Origin: a virus | Lineage: Duplodnaviria > Caudoviricetes | Length of the DNA: 59,324 bases | Strand: one strand, 5' to 3' | Virus record (IMG/VR): IMGVR_UViG_3300020442_000455 | Location: 1 to 59,324 of that record | Shown here: positions 16,409 through 26,400 of the stretch, in pieces | How positions within the stretch are numbered: position 1 is the stretch's first letter | Layout of the letters: the number at the start of each line of letters is the position of its first letter | Notes under the pieces: model-generated | What the model was told of the DNA's origin: nothing | The model's input: only the letters and a program-made list of their open reading frames with translations | Database searches by the model: none | Made by a program: the position numbers and the translations under genes

Positions 16409-19400
16409 TCAAGCGAATGATTGGACAGTTAGGGTAGTAACATCATTAGCACTGACGACTTCTCCAACTTTGAAGAATCCATCAACGGTATCAAGAGTAA
16501 TCTGGTTAGTACCAAGAGCAGTAATAACACCAGTAGTGCCGCTGGTTGCACCTGTGACAGTAGCACCGACTTCCATCGTTGTGATGTCAGACAGAGTGAA
16601 TGTTGCATTAGTGAATACCGTTGCAACATCGATAGTACCACCGCTACCAGTCATTCCACCAGCACCAGATGGTTGAACGATGGTGATAGTGTCACCGATT
16701 GCATAACCAGATCCTGCAGTATTGACAGTAACACCAGTAATAAGACCAGACGGCGTGGATGCTGTAATATCTACAGTAAGACCAGTACCAGAACCAGTTG
16801 TGGTTGTTGCCAAACCAGTTGCGGTAGCATAGTTAGCACCAGCAACCAAAGAACCGAAGTCAAACGCTTCAACACCACCAGCATTAGGGTTGGTAATTGT
16901 GATCGTATCAGTAATCAGATAATCACTGCCACCAGCATTGACGGTAACTGCAGTAATAGCACCAGACGCATTGACTGTAGTATCAACTGTCAGTCCAGAA
17001 CCAGTGCCACCCGTTGTAGCAACAGCGGTTCCAGCGGTAAAACCACCAAGACCAGTTGCTGACATAGCGCCAGCAGTTACGACTGCACCAGGTGTAGGAT
17101 CACCTGACAGGTTCAGGGTCAGAGTGGTAGTAGTTGCAAGGTTGTTGAGCATTGCTTGAAGTTGAGCGAATGCGTTATCAAGTTTTGCCTGAACTCTTGC
17201 TTCTGTGTAGTAGAGGTTAGTACCCTCAGACAGATTAGTTGTAGATGCTGCAGCGAGTTTGGTATCGAAAGATGCCTCAGCACGAGCATCAGTATAGTAA
17301 AGGTTGGTAGAACCTTCAGACAGATCATCTGTATCTGCAGCAGCGAGTTTGGTATCGAAGTCTGCATTTGCTCTGGTAGATGTGTAGTAAAGGTTAGTAG
17401 AACCTTCAGACAGATCATCTGTAGTTGCTGCTGCGATACGAGCATCAGCGCGAGCATCTGTGTAATACAGATTTGTACCTTCTGCCAGATCGCCAGTATC
17501 TTTGGTTGCAAGTTGCGTATCGAAACGTGCATTTGTATAGAAGATATTTGTACTACCTTCAGTGATGTTGTCGGTATCAATATCTACCTGGGTTACAGAC
17601 AACTCACCAGCACCACTCAGTTCAATACCTGTACCATATGTGAAGTGGGTACGAGATCTAGCGGCGGTTGTAAAGAGGTTAGTAGAACCTTCAGTAATAT
17701 TGTCAGTATTGATGTCTGCTTGAGTAGCACTCAAGGTCAACATGTTACCTGCATCATCATAGGTGGCAGTAATACCTGTACCACCAACGATCAGTGCAGC
17801 AACACGATCATCAACACGCTCATTTGTGAAGTAGAGGTTTGTACCCTCAGTCAGATCAGCAGTGTCATGGTTTGCAATGCTAGAAACCTGACCAGTTACA
17901 TCACCAATAACACCACCAGTTGCTGTGATTGCACCAGTGAATGCAGAGGTTCCAGTTACGGTGAGGTTTGCACTCAGAGTTGTGTTACCTGTGACACCCA
18001 GAGTACCGCCGACAGATGCGTTAGCAGTTACATCCAGGTCTGCACTTGCAGTTACATTGCCAGTTACACCCAGGGTTCCACCAATAGTTGCATTAGAAGT
18101 AACTGCCAGTGTGCTACCCAAAGTTGTAGCGCCATCAGCATTCAGTGTGCTTGCGGTGGAAACAGCACCAGTTGTGCCATTTACAGTGAAGTTACTGGAA
18201 TCTACTGCAATACCGCCATTAGCATTCAGAAGACCTGTAAGAGTGCTAACACCAGTTACACCAAGTGTACCACCAATTGTTGCATTTCCACTGACAGTAG
18301 AGGTCACCATGGTGATCTCATTAGATGCAAAGTCACCACTTCCGTCTCTCAGGACCAGGTTATTTGCTGCGTTCGTGCTAGCAGAAAGAATGTTGATTGT
18401 TGGATTGCCAGAAACACCATCACCATTAGTGACTGTGACACCAGAACCAGATACAGGAGAGGTTACCAGTGTGCGCTGAGCATAGGTGTTAGCAGCAGTT
18501 CTGCTTACGAAACCTGTACCAGACATTGCTGCCAGACCATCCATGTCTGCATCATCAAACGTGGTAGTCAGAGTTACGTTCTGAGAACCATCGAAGGATA
18601 CAGTTGCATTGACAACACCGTCGATAGTGACAGTGCGTGCAGTACGAAGAGCATCAGCGGTTGTAGCATTACCTTGAATACCTGCGCTAGCACCGATACC
18701 GTTGTTGACAGTAATCTGATTAGCGGAGAAGTTACCACTATTTCTAACAACAACAGAAGCACCAGTAGTATCAGTGCTGCTTGTCGTTAGACCATCTAGC
18801 AGATCAGCGTTCAGGTTATTGACCTTAGCGTTAGATGCAACAACGAAAGGTGGAACACCAGTTGCAGTAGAAACAATTTGACCATCAACAGTCAGATCAC
18901 CATTGATAATTGCATCAGCATCAACGTCAAGGATTTGACCACTGCCAGTCAGGTGTAGTTGATTTGCTCTCAGGTTGCCATCAGTACCACCAAATACTTC
19001 GCTACTATTTGTAGCAGAGGTTAGGAATACAAACTCGGAAGCAGAATCATCATATCCGAAGAAACCTAGAGCAGCAGCAGAACCTGTGTGATAACGGAAC
19101 TCAATACCACGGTCTTTGTTATCATCCGAGGCAGGAGCAGTGTCACCACCAAGAGTAAAGATCGGATCGTCGATAGTAACAGTAGTGCTGTTGACTGTTG
19201 TAGTTGAACCATTTACAGTCAGGTCACCACCAACGACAAGGTTGTTATGGAACTCGCCATTACCAGTGCTGTTATCAACACTAAATGCAGCACGAGTATT
19301 AGAATTATCGTAAACGTAGAAATCACCACCGATGTATGCATTCTTACTGACTCTTAGACCACCAGCAGTGGTAAGAGATACAGCAGCATCACCATAAGAA

Positions 19401-22400
19401 GTGATATCGTTTGTATTTTCAACAGTTACAATACCAGAGATATTAGCACTGTTGTTGAGGTCCAGAGCATTGGTCATCTCTGTAGCACCGTGGACTCTCA
19501 GAGCACCACCGACAGAAAGGTTCTTATCAATACCTGCACCACCAGTGACTCTTAGAGCACCGTCGTTAGAGTGTGAACCAGTTACAGTCTGCTGAGAAGA
19601 AGCAGTCAGTGAGGTTACACCAGTTACACCTAAAGTGTTTGTGATGTTAGAAGCACCACTGATGTTGACTGTACCAGCAATGACTGTGTTGCCATTGTCT
19701 GTATCTACAGTGAACTTATCTACACCAGAACCATTTTGGATTGCAAACTCTTCATTAGCAGCGTTGATGATTAGAGTGTCAAAGATAGTTGTTTGACCGT
19801 CCACAACCAAAGTGCTATTGAAATCAACGGCACCATCAACATTGAGAGTTTGATCAAAGTCAACGCCGTTAGTGACGTTGAGCGTGTTTGTGATTGTTGT
19901 CGCATCATCTACATCTAGAGTACCAGCAATAACTGTGTTGCCATTATCGGAATCAACTGTAAAGGCATCAGTACCATTCTGTGCCTCAATGGTGAACATC
20001 AAGTTGTCACCGTTGATAGTTACATTGTTTTGGAATGTAGCATTACCATCAACATTTAGTGTGTTATCTAAGTCAACTGCACCAGTTACATTCAAGGTGT
20101 CATCAATCGTAGATGCACCTTCAACGTTCAGTGTACCTTGGATATCAGTGTTACCAGATGCACCCAGGACAGAGAACTTGACAGTATCACCAGAGTTTTC
20201 CTTACCAACGAACAGACCTTCACCTGAACCAGTACCACCAACATGGAGGGTAGTTCCAATACCAGCACCACCATAACATCTCAGGTTAGAGGTGCCATGA
20301 CGTGCATAGTTAGGAGTATATTGTGCAGAAGTACCAGTACGGAACTTATATCGAACCTGCAGGTAGTTCTGTCTGTTGTAAACCTCACTGACGCTTTCTT
20401 TCTGAACAACCTGACCGTTTACATAAACGTCAGAGTTGAACATGAAGTTACCTTCAATATATCCACCACCGTCGAATCGGAATGCACCATAGTCATTGTT
20501 CTGAATCTCATAGATACCAGTGCCGCTGTTTAGTGCAATATCTGGTTCTGCAGTGCTTTCAAGATATGTAAATCCAGAAACGTTGATAGCATTATTGAGA
20601 TCTAGAGCACCAGTTAGAGTAGTGTCTCCAGTTACACCCAGAGTACCTGCGATAGCAGTATTACCAGAAGCAGCAACAACGTTGAACTTATTGGTATTGA
20701 TATTCAGGTTGTTAGTAATATCAACTACACCATGGAACGATGCGTTACCTGTAGTGCTCTGTAGTTGAATACGTTGTGTGCCAGAACCATTGTTCAGTTG
20801 CAGAACCTTGGAAGCACCTTGGATGACAATGTTGTCATCATGAAGAGTTGTACCGTGAACAGTAAGGTTAGTGTCAATGTCAACACTACCACCAATGTTT
20901 ACGTCATCACCAATACCAGCACCACCAGCAACTACCAGGTCGCCAGTTGTATTGGAAGTAGAATTTGTATTAGTAGTAAGTTTTAGGTTACCTGCGAGAA
21001 TACCTGCATCAGTACCACTGAAGACTTCGGAAGTATTGGTAGCGTCGTAGTAGAATGCATATCCACCAACGTGTCCCCCGAGATCAGTATACGAATCATC
21101 GTAACCAAAGAAGCCTCTACGCGCTTGAGAATCATAGTATCTGAACTCGATGCCACGATCAAGGTTATCGTCAGCAACTGGATCAGTATCACCACCAAGA
21201 GTAATGATTGGGTCGTCCACCTGAAGGGTTGTAGAGTTGACCGTCGTTGTGGTGCCGTCAACCTGTAGATCACCCCAAACTCTGACGGTTCCAGTAACCG
21301 CCCTATCATCACCAGGATCAAGGTTGAGGGTCGCATTGGTAGTAGCAATGTAGTTTTCTTGGAATCTTGCATCCTCTACATGTACTTTACCAGCAGCATC
21401 GGTTGCGCTGATTTGTACAGTGTCGTCAGCTGTAATTACAATGTTGGAACTTCCTGCACCAGCATTTGTTGCCAGAATATTGAGATTTCTAGGTGTTGCA
21501 ACATTCTGAGTATGACTTATGGTGAAGTGACCAGATCCATACTTATCAATGATTTGATCAACAGCGCCATCCAGATCGATATTGGGATCAGAATAATAGG
21601 AACGGACGTTGACATCAATCTCACCAGCGCCACTGTCCCCTGTATTATTAGCGCCAAACAGAAGATTGCCGCTCGTATCATTGATTTTGATATAGTTGAG
21701 ATAATTGAATCCTCTGTATCCAGTGGTTGCAGTAAGTTCTTGATCAAGTTCAAAATCTTCTTTTGTATTTCCATCTGCAAAAGAGACTCTATTATTTTGT
21801 AGTTGGGTGTTATCTACACCTAACGCGGCGATGGTAACGTGCCCGTTGCTGTCAACGTCGAAATCTTCCTGTGCAAAACTAGCCAGTCCCTTCTGTTCTG
21901 TTGCTTCAGCCGCGAGGTAGCGCCATCCTCCACTATCACCACTGGTATGAGTAGGAGCACCAGCACCAGCACTGATTGATTCATATGCTTGGTAAACTTT
22001 CGATGCATTCTGGATGATTGCATATCTAGAATAAGCAGTAGCTCCATCATAGTTAGCATACTTACTACCTTCTGTAGCGGTAGCAATAGGCACATTTGTA
22101 GCACTTTGCAGACGACCCCTGTCGTCAACAGTGAATTTGACTGCGTTTACGGTCTCAGTACCGAAAGGTTCGCCGTTTACTCCGTTAGCAGATACTGACG
22201 TTAGGGATTCAGTATTGTAATCGCCATCAACAACTGTAGTAGTTGCCAAATCAATTTGTGGGTTACCAGCAGTACCAGAACCGTTACTTACAACGATCTG
22301 CCCTGCGGTAGAAAGAATACTTCTAGTTGTCCAGTTACCATCACCAATACGAATGGAGATACCAGTAGAGGTGAGACCTGCGACAGCATTTAGGTCATTA

Positions 22401-22933
22401 TCATATGGTTGAGCACCAGTACCTTCAATACTAGTTGCCAGACCATAATCTTGAATAGTTGTTGGATTAGAGGCGTTGGTTACTCTACCCTTAGCATCAA
22501 CGGTTACACGAGTGTATGTACCTTCTGCTGGGGTTTGTCCGTAGTGAGGGAGGGAAGGAAGTTCTTGTAGTTCGGCAGCAAGGTTTAGGTTTTGAGAACC
22601 ATCAAAAGTGCCTGAGGCGACGACATCTTGAGTAAGTTGAACCTGGCGAACGTTAGCTAGTCGTGATGCCGTAGATGCATTACCGATAACTGTAGCAGTA
22701 ATTGTACCTGCTTGGAAGTTACCATCAGCGTCACGCTGAACGAGGGAGTTTGCCGTGTTAGCAACGGATTCAACTGGTCTCTCATACGCTAGAGAGTTCC
22801 ACGCAGTAGAACCGTCACCAATCTTGATCCTTCCCGAATCAAGGTCGATACCGACTTCACCTTGTGCCAGTGTTGGGTTTGCGTTTCTCCACTCTTGAGA
22901 ACCGCCCCTTCTAAGTTGGATTCTATTTGCCAT
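16409..22933 (-). CDS. Large modular fibre protein (fibritin/wac position), Mtd_N-like N-terminus
   Basis: 2174 aa. RIQLRRG...W..ANPTLAQGEVG.D....IKIGDGSTAWNSL is a fibre N-terminal attachment motif. Many GxLxVxG beta repeats and EGSTNLYYT repeats; immediately upstream of gp13. Confidence 0.85.
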   Translation of the reverse strand: MANRIQLRRGGSQEWRNANPTLAQGEVGIDLDSGRIKIGDGSTAWNSLAYERPVESVANTANSLVQRDADGNFQAGTITATVIGNASTASRLANVRQVQLTQDVVASGTFDGSQNLNLAAELQELPSLPHYGQTPAEGTYTRVTVDAKGRVTNASNPTTIQDYGLATSIEGTGAQPYDNDLNAVAGLTSTGISIRIGDGNWTTRSILSTAGQIVVSNGSGTAGNPQIDLATTTVVDGDYNTESLTSVSANGVNGEPFGTETVNAVKFTVDDRGRLQSATNVPIATATEGSKYANYDGATAYSRYAIIQNASKVYQAYESISAGAGAPTHTSGDSGGWRYLAAEATEQKGLASFAQEDFDVDSNGHVTIAALGVDNTQLQNNRVSFADGNTKEDFELDQELTATTGYRGFNYLNYIKINDTSGNLLFGANNTGDSGAGEIDVNVRSYYSDPNIDLDGAVDQIIDKYGSGHFTISHTQNVATPRNLNILATNAGAGSSNIVITADDTVQISATDAAGKVHVEDARFQENYIATTNATLNLDPGDDRAVTGTVRVWGDLQVDGTTTTVNSTTLQVDDPIITLGGDTDPVADDNLDRGIEFRYYDSQARRGFFGYDDSYTDLGGHVGGYAFYYDATNTSEVFSGTDAGILAGNLKLTTNTNSTSNTTGDLVVAGGAGIGDDVNIGGSVDIDTNLTVHGTTLHDDNIVIQGASKVLQLNNGSGTQRIQLQSTTGNASFHGVVDITNNLNINTNKFNVVAASGNTAIAGTLGVTGDTTLTGALDLNNAINVSGFTYLESTAEPDIALNSGTGIYEIQNNDYGAFRFDGGGYIEGNFMFNSDVYVNGQVVQKESVSEVYNRQNYLQVRYKFRTGTSAQYTPNYARHGTSNLRCYGGAGIGTTLHVGGTGSGEGLFVGKENSGDTVKFSVLGASGNTDIQGTLNVEGASTIDDTLNVTGAVDLDNTLNVDGNATFQNNVTINGDNLMFTIEAQNGTDAFTVDSDNGNTVIAGTLDVDDATTITNTLNVTNGVDFDQTLNVDGAVDFNSTLVVDGQTTIFDTLIINAANEEFAIQNGSGVDKFTVDTDNGNTVIAGTVNISGASNITNTLGVTGVTSLTASSQQTVTGSHSNDGALRVTGGAGIDKNLSVGGALRVHGATEMTNALDLNNSANISGIVTVENTNDITSYGDAAVSLTTAGGLRVSKNAYIGGDFYVYDNSNTRAAFSVDNSTGNGEFHNNLVVGGDLTVNGSTTTVNSTTVTIDDPIFTLGGDTAPASDDNKDRGIEFRYHTGSAAALGFFGYDDSASEFVFLTSATNSSEVFGGTDGNLRANQLHLTGSGQILDVDADAIINGDLTVDGQIVSTATGVPPFVVASNAKVNNLNADLLDGLTTSSTDTTGASVVVRNSGNFSANQITVNNGIGASAGIQGNATTADALRTARTVTIDGVVNATVSFDGSQNVTLTTTFDDADMDGLAAMSGTGFVSRTAANTYAQRTLVTSPVSGSGVTVTNGDGVSGNPTINILSASTNAANNLVLRDGSGDFASNEITMVTSTVSGNATIGGTLGVTGVSTLTGLLNANGGIAVDSSNFTVNGTTGAVSTASTLNADGATTLGSTLAVTSNATIGGTLGVTGNVTASADLDVTANASVGGTLGVTGNTTLSANLTVTGTSAFTGAITATGGVIGDVTGQVSSIANHDTADLTEGTNLYFTNERVDDRVAALIVGGTGITATYDDAGNMLTLSATQADINTDNITEGSTNLFTTAARSRTHFTYGTGIELSGAGELSVTQVDIDTDNITEGSTNIFYTNARFDTQLATKDTGDLAEGTNLYYTDARADARIAAATTDDLSEGSTNLYYTSTRANADFDTKLAAADTDDLSEGSTNLYYTDARAEASFDTKLAAASTTNLSEGTNLYYTEARVQAKLDNAFAQLQAMLNNLATTTTLTLNLSGDPTPGAVVTAGAMSATGLGGFTAGTAVATTGGTGSGLTVDTTVNASGAITAVTVNAGGSDYLITDTITITNPNAGGVEAFDFGSLVAGANYATATGLATTTTGSGTGLTVDITASTPSGLITGVTVNTAGSGYAIGDTITIVQPSGAGGMTGSGGTIDVATVFTNATFTLSDITTMEVGATVTGATSGTTGVITALGTNQITLDTVDGFFKVGEVVSANDVTTLTVQSFA
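17180..17870 (-). repeat. Seven coding repeats T-D-D-L-x-E-G-(S)-T-N-L-Y-Y-T-x-A-R, including a near-identical 90-bp tandem duplication
   Basis: Repeats are visible in the translation. DNA gcagcgagtttggtatcgaa occurs at 17250 and 17340, and gtaaaggttrgtagaaccttcagacagatcatctgta at 17297 and 17387. Confidence 0.9.
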
Positions 22934-22968
22934 TTGCTATCACAACTACGGATAAATTGCCTCTGAGT

Positions 22969-22976
22969 TATTTATA
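22969..22976 (-). promoter_or_regulatory. Late promoter TATAAATA upstream of the fibre gene
   Basis: Exact consensus just downstream of a terminator. Confidence 0.85.
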
Positions 22977-22981
22977 TCAAT

Positions 22982-23005
22982 AAAAAAGAGGGGCAAGTGC
23001 CCCTC
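22982..23005 (-). terminator. Rho-independent terminator
   Basis: Minus strand GAGGGGC-ACTT-GCCCCTC-TTTTTT directly after the stop at 23011. Confidence 0.9.
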
Positions 23006-23010
23006 GCCAT

Positions 23011-23244
23011 TTATTCTACTGTCACTTCATCAACTTCGTCTGGAGGATGTGACATAGTTTCCTGTTCTTCCTGACTATCGAGATAGTAGGATAGTGCTTC
23101 GATTGCACCTAGGAGTTTCAATGCAACGCCTTCATTATCTCGAATCTGCTGAGCGAGTTTCTTGTTCTCATTCTGCAAATTCTCAAGACGCTCTTGAAAT
23201 TGCTTACGCATGTCTTCTTGAGACACCTTTTCTTCGACTGACAT
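23011..23244 (-). CDS. Hypothetical coiled-coil protein
   Basis: 77 aa with a heptad-like pattern (FQERLENLQNENKKLAQQI...LKLLGAIEAL). Confidence 0.75.
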   Translation of the reverse strand: MSVEEKVSQEDMRKQFQERLENLQNENKKLAQQIRDNEGVALKLLGAIEALSYYLDSQEEQETMSHPPDEVDEVTVE

Positions 23245-23247
23245 AAT

Positions 23248-23484
23248 TTAGACCTTTGATTGTTTTACTAACGTTAGTAGGAGAGACTTGATCTCACCTA
23301 GTTCAGATTTTAGCATGGTTACGTCGTCTTGTAAACCATCGATGGTATCTTCACGTTCACGATCTTTTTGAACAGCAGCCATGTACTGATCATAAGTCGA
23401 TGCATTCGTTAGGGATATCTCACCGTTAGGACCCCGACTATAGTCAAGGTCCGATTCAACACGCTTGGCTTTGCTCCAATCCAT
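23248..23484 (-). CDS. Hypothetical protein with C-terminal coiled coil
   Basis: 78 aa with IDGLQDDVTMLKSELGEIKSLL; TAATG coupling to the VrlC-like gene. Confidence 0.75.
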   Translation of the reverse strand: MDWSKAKRVESDLDYSRGPNGEISLTNASTYDQYMAAVQKDREREDTIDGLQDDVTMLKSELGEIKSLLLTLVKQSKV

Positions 23485-26400
23485 TATACTGCAAGTGCGA
23501 TTGCTCTAAAGTCCTTGATGATTGGTGTTAGCGACTGGTTAGGAGATCTCATGACTAGTTTGATTTGGTATTGATCAAACTTCAGTCCATCAATTTCATA
23601 ACTATACTCTCTGAACTCACGGTATACCGTGGTTCCAGGTACGCTAGAACCTTCCGTTGGGAAAGCGGTGAACGTAGACTCTTCGAGAGAATCGGCGCTA
23701 CCAACAGGACGTACTCTATATAGAGGAATAATTTCAGTGCCATCTGGACGAGAAGCAGCAAAGATCAACTTGATAGATCCAGACTTGTTAGCAAGGTTAG
23801 CAATCTTAGTAATATAAACTGCATCATGCCCATCCTCATCAGCAGACAGTGCTGTATCTTTATCAGTTGGATTGTTGATTCTGTTCATCGTTGTAACGAT
23901 AGAACTTCTATCCAAGTCAACATAAGGAGTGATATATTCGTTTTCACTATCCATCGTTAGTTCCATACGGAACGACTTAGCACCACTCAGTTCGTTCTGT
24001 TCGTTGATCACAGATGCAATCATTCTAGGAGAATCGAAGTAGTTGTTGTTATCAAGGATAATGTTTTGATACTGACCATCGTTGACGAAAGACTCTTGGT
24101 CAATGTTCAACTGATTGCCATCACCAATAGAAGAACCTGTGATTACATTGACACGAGCATCAATAGTAGTTCCTGGTAAAGTTAGTTTGGATACGGATGG
24201 AGAGATCAAATCGAACTGCACGTTTTGTGTAGCACTTGCACCAACACCACCGCCAACAATACCGTTAGTAGCGACAACTGGCATGGACAGTTCATAAGAA
24301 TCCAACGTTGGATTCATAATAGACGTGTGTGTCTTATTGATATTGATTAGTGGAATGCCGTCAAGGTTGTAGCACTCGACAATAGCACCTTCAGAGAATG
24401 CTTGAGCAGATGTACCGTCAAGTTCTCTACCACCAGATGTTAGAAGTGTAATTTCCTTTCCGTTCGCACTAATTGCAGAGTATGCCATGATCTCTTCTGC
24501 AATGAACGTACGAGGGTCTAGAGGTTCTCCAGTAATGGTGATACCTCTACCAACATTCTTTTGTAGTTCTTCACTACGAACTCTAATATAACCAGGGTTA
24601 GTTGCACTAATTGCCTGACCATTGATAAACTTATGGAAAGCAGATGCATCATCAACTGCAAGAGTTGTATCATCTACACCAATAGAGTTTGTAAGAGCAG
24701 TAGCATCAATCTCAGAACGAACGTTAGAAATAGTAACGTTGTTGCGAGTGTCATGCATACAGTGATTAGAATGTCTGACTCGGATCTTTCTCTGTTCTGA
24801 TGTATAGATCACAGCAGATGCTGGATATGCTCTCAGTAGAGCACCACTATTTGTCATGTCACCTGCATAGGTAGGAGCAGATGCAATAGTAGAAGTATCC
24901 ATCGATGCAGTACCATTGATAGTAGTGTATACATCAATAGATTCACCGTTTGCAAATGTCAGGTTATTAGTACCAATCGTTACAAACTTGACTGCAATAT
25001 CACCATGGGTATTTTCTTGACCACTTACTGTAGAAGCAGTAAAGGATACAATCTCAGCAACAGAGTTAGTTGCGTTTCTAATGTATCTACCTGGTTGGTA
25101 TTGAGAGTTATCCGCAGCACCAGAGATAGAAATTGTAGTAGTGGACTTAGAACTCGTAATCTCTTCGTTCTGTAGGAAACTACCAGTAATATCAGTAACA
25201 GTAACTACAGTTCCTGCTGCTGCCTCAACAACTTTCTTGACAGTACCTACTGCCTGTAGAAGTGTGTTGACACCAGTACCAGTGATTTGGTGAATTCTAG
25301 AACCAATGGTAAATGGTACTGCAGCAAGGTTTAGTGTTAGTTCCTGATCAGGTTTGAATGTTGTAATAGAGTTACGACCCAAATTCAATACACCTGTATT
25401 ACCTGCTGCCAAAGCACCATTGTTGAATACCATCTTAGATTGCATTCCAATGTTGAACTTAGCAAGGTAAGCAGAGAACTTGAGATCTTCATACTGATCA
25501 GCAGTCCAAGTAGATGCGTTCTGAGACTTGAATAGAACACCAGCATAAGGTTGTTCAGAAATAGTTCTGTTCTCAGTAATATCTTCTCCACCCATTCTAG
25601 ATACCCAAACCTGATATTCGTTCGAGTCGGACAGTAGAACAAAGCAGTATTCAACAGATTGCTGTAGATATACAGGAGATTGGAATGTAAACTTAGTAGG
25701 AACAGCTGCAGTTTCTGACAACTGAACATCACCAGGCATCAACGTAACGTCAGAGAATGGAAGAATTCTCTTAGTTGGGTAACCATTCTCCATAGCACGA
25801 ATCTGACAGGAGATAGGAATACGATCATCCTTTGTGAAGAAGAACACATCGAACGATGTTACAAAACAACCACCTGGTTTATCGATGATGAAGGATTGTG
25901 CCAGAGGGTCATACCAACCAATCTGACGAATCTCTTCTCTTGTACCGAAGATTGTCTGTTCTTCAGTTACAGTATCGCGAACAACTTCAGCATTACGAAC
26001 TGCAAGGATGTTTTCCTGAACAGTCTGTAGAACACCAGTTGCTGTATATGTGGTCTCTGCAGACGATGCAACAGCGCCAGTAATACGAGAGTCAGTATCA
26101 GAAGTAGTCAATCTGATTGTTCTAGTACCTGTACCCCAACGTGGGTTGGTGTCAGTATCAGGACTTGGAATAAAGAAAGATGCATGAAGGTTACCAGATC
26201 TGTCAGACATCAGACGACGATCTTTTACAACAGCACGACCACCAGAAGAACCAATTAGGACTTCACCGACTTCGATATTACCAAATGCATCACCAGATAC
26301 CTGTGCTGCCATTGCCGTAGTGTCAATGTTCAGGTATGGAGTAGTAGAACCATAGGTGGTAGGAAGTTCGCTATCATCATATGGATTGAATTCCATATCA

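Noticed and set aside
17250-17423. CRISPR-like direct repeats
   Set aside because: The repeats are in-frame coding duplications with a 90-bp period, have no unique spacers and have no cas genes nearby.
17156-18790. 544-aa plus-strand ORF rich in Ser/Cys/Ile/Thr
   Set aside because: Antisense to the repetitive fibre gene; its composition is what reverse-complemented Ala/Thr/Asp codons give.
16409-22933. Diversity-generating retroelement suggested by the Mtd_N-like N-terminus
   Set aside because: No reverse transcriptase, no template/variable repeat pair and no C-type lectin C-terminus in the window.
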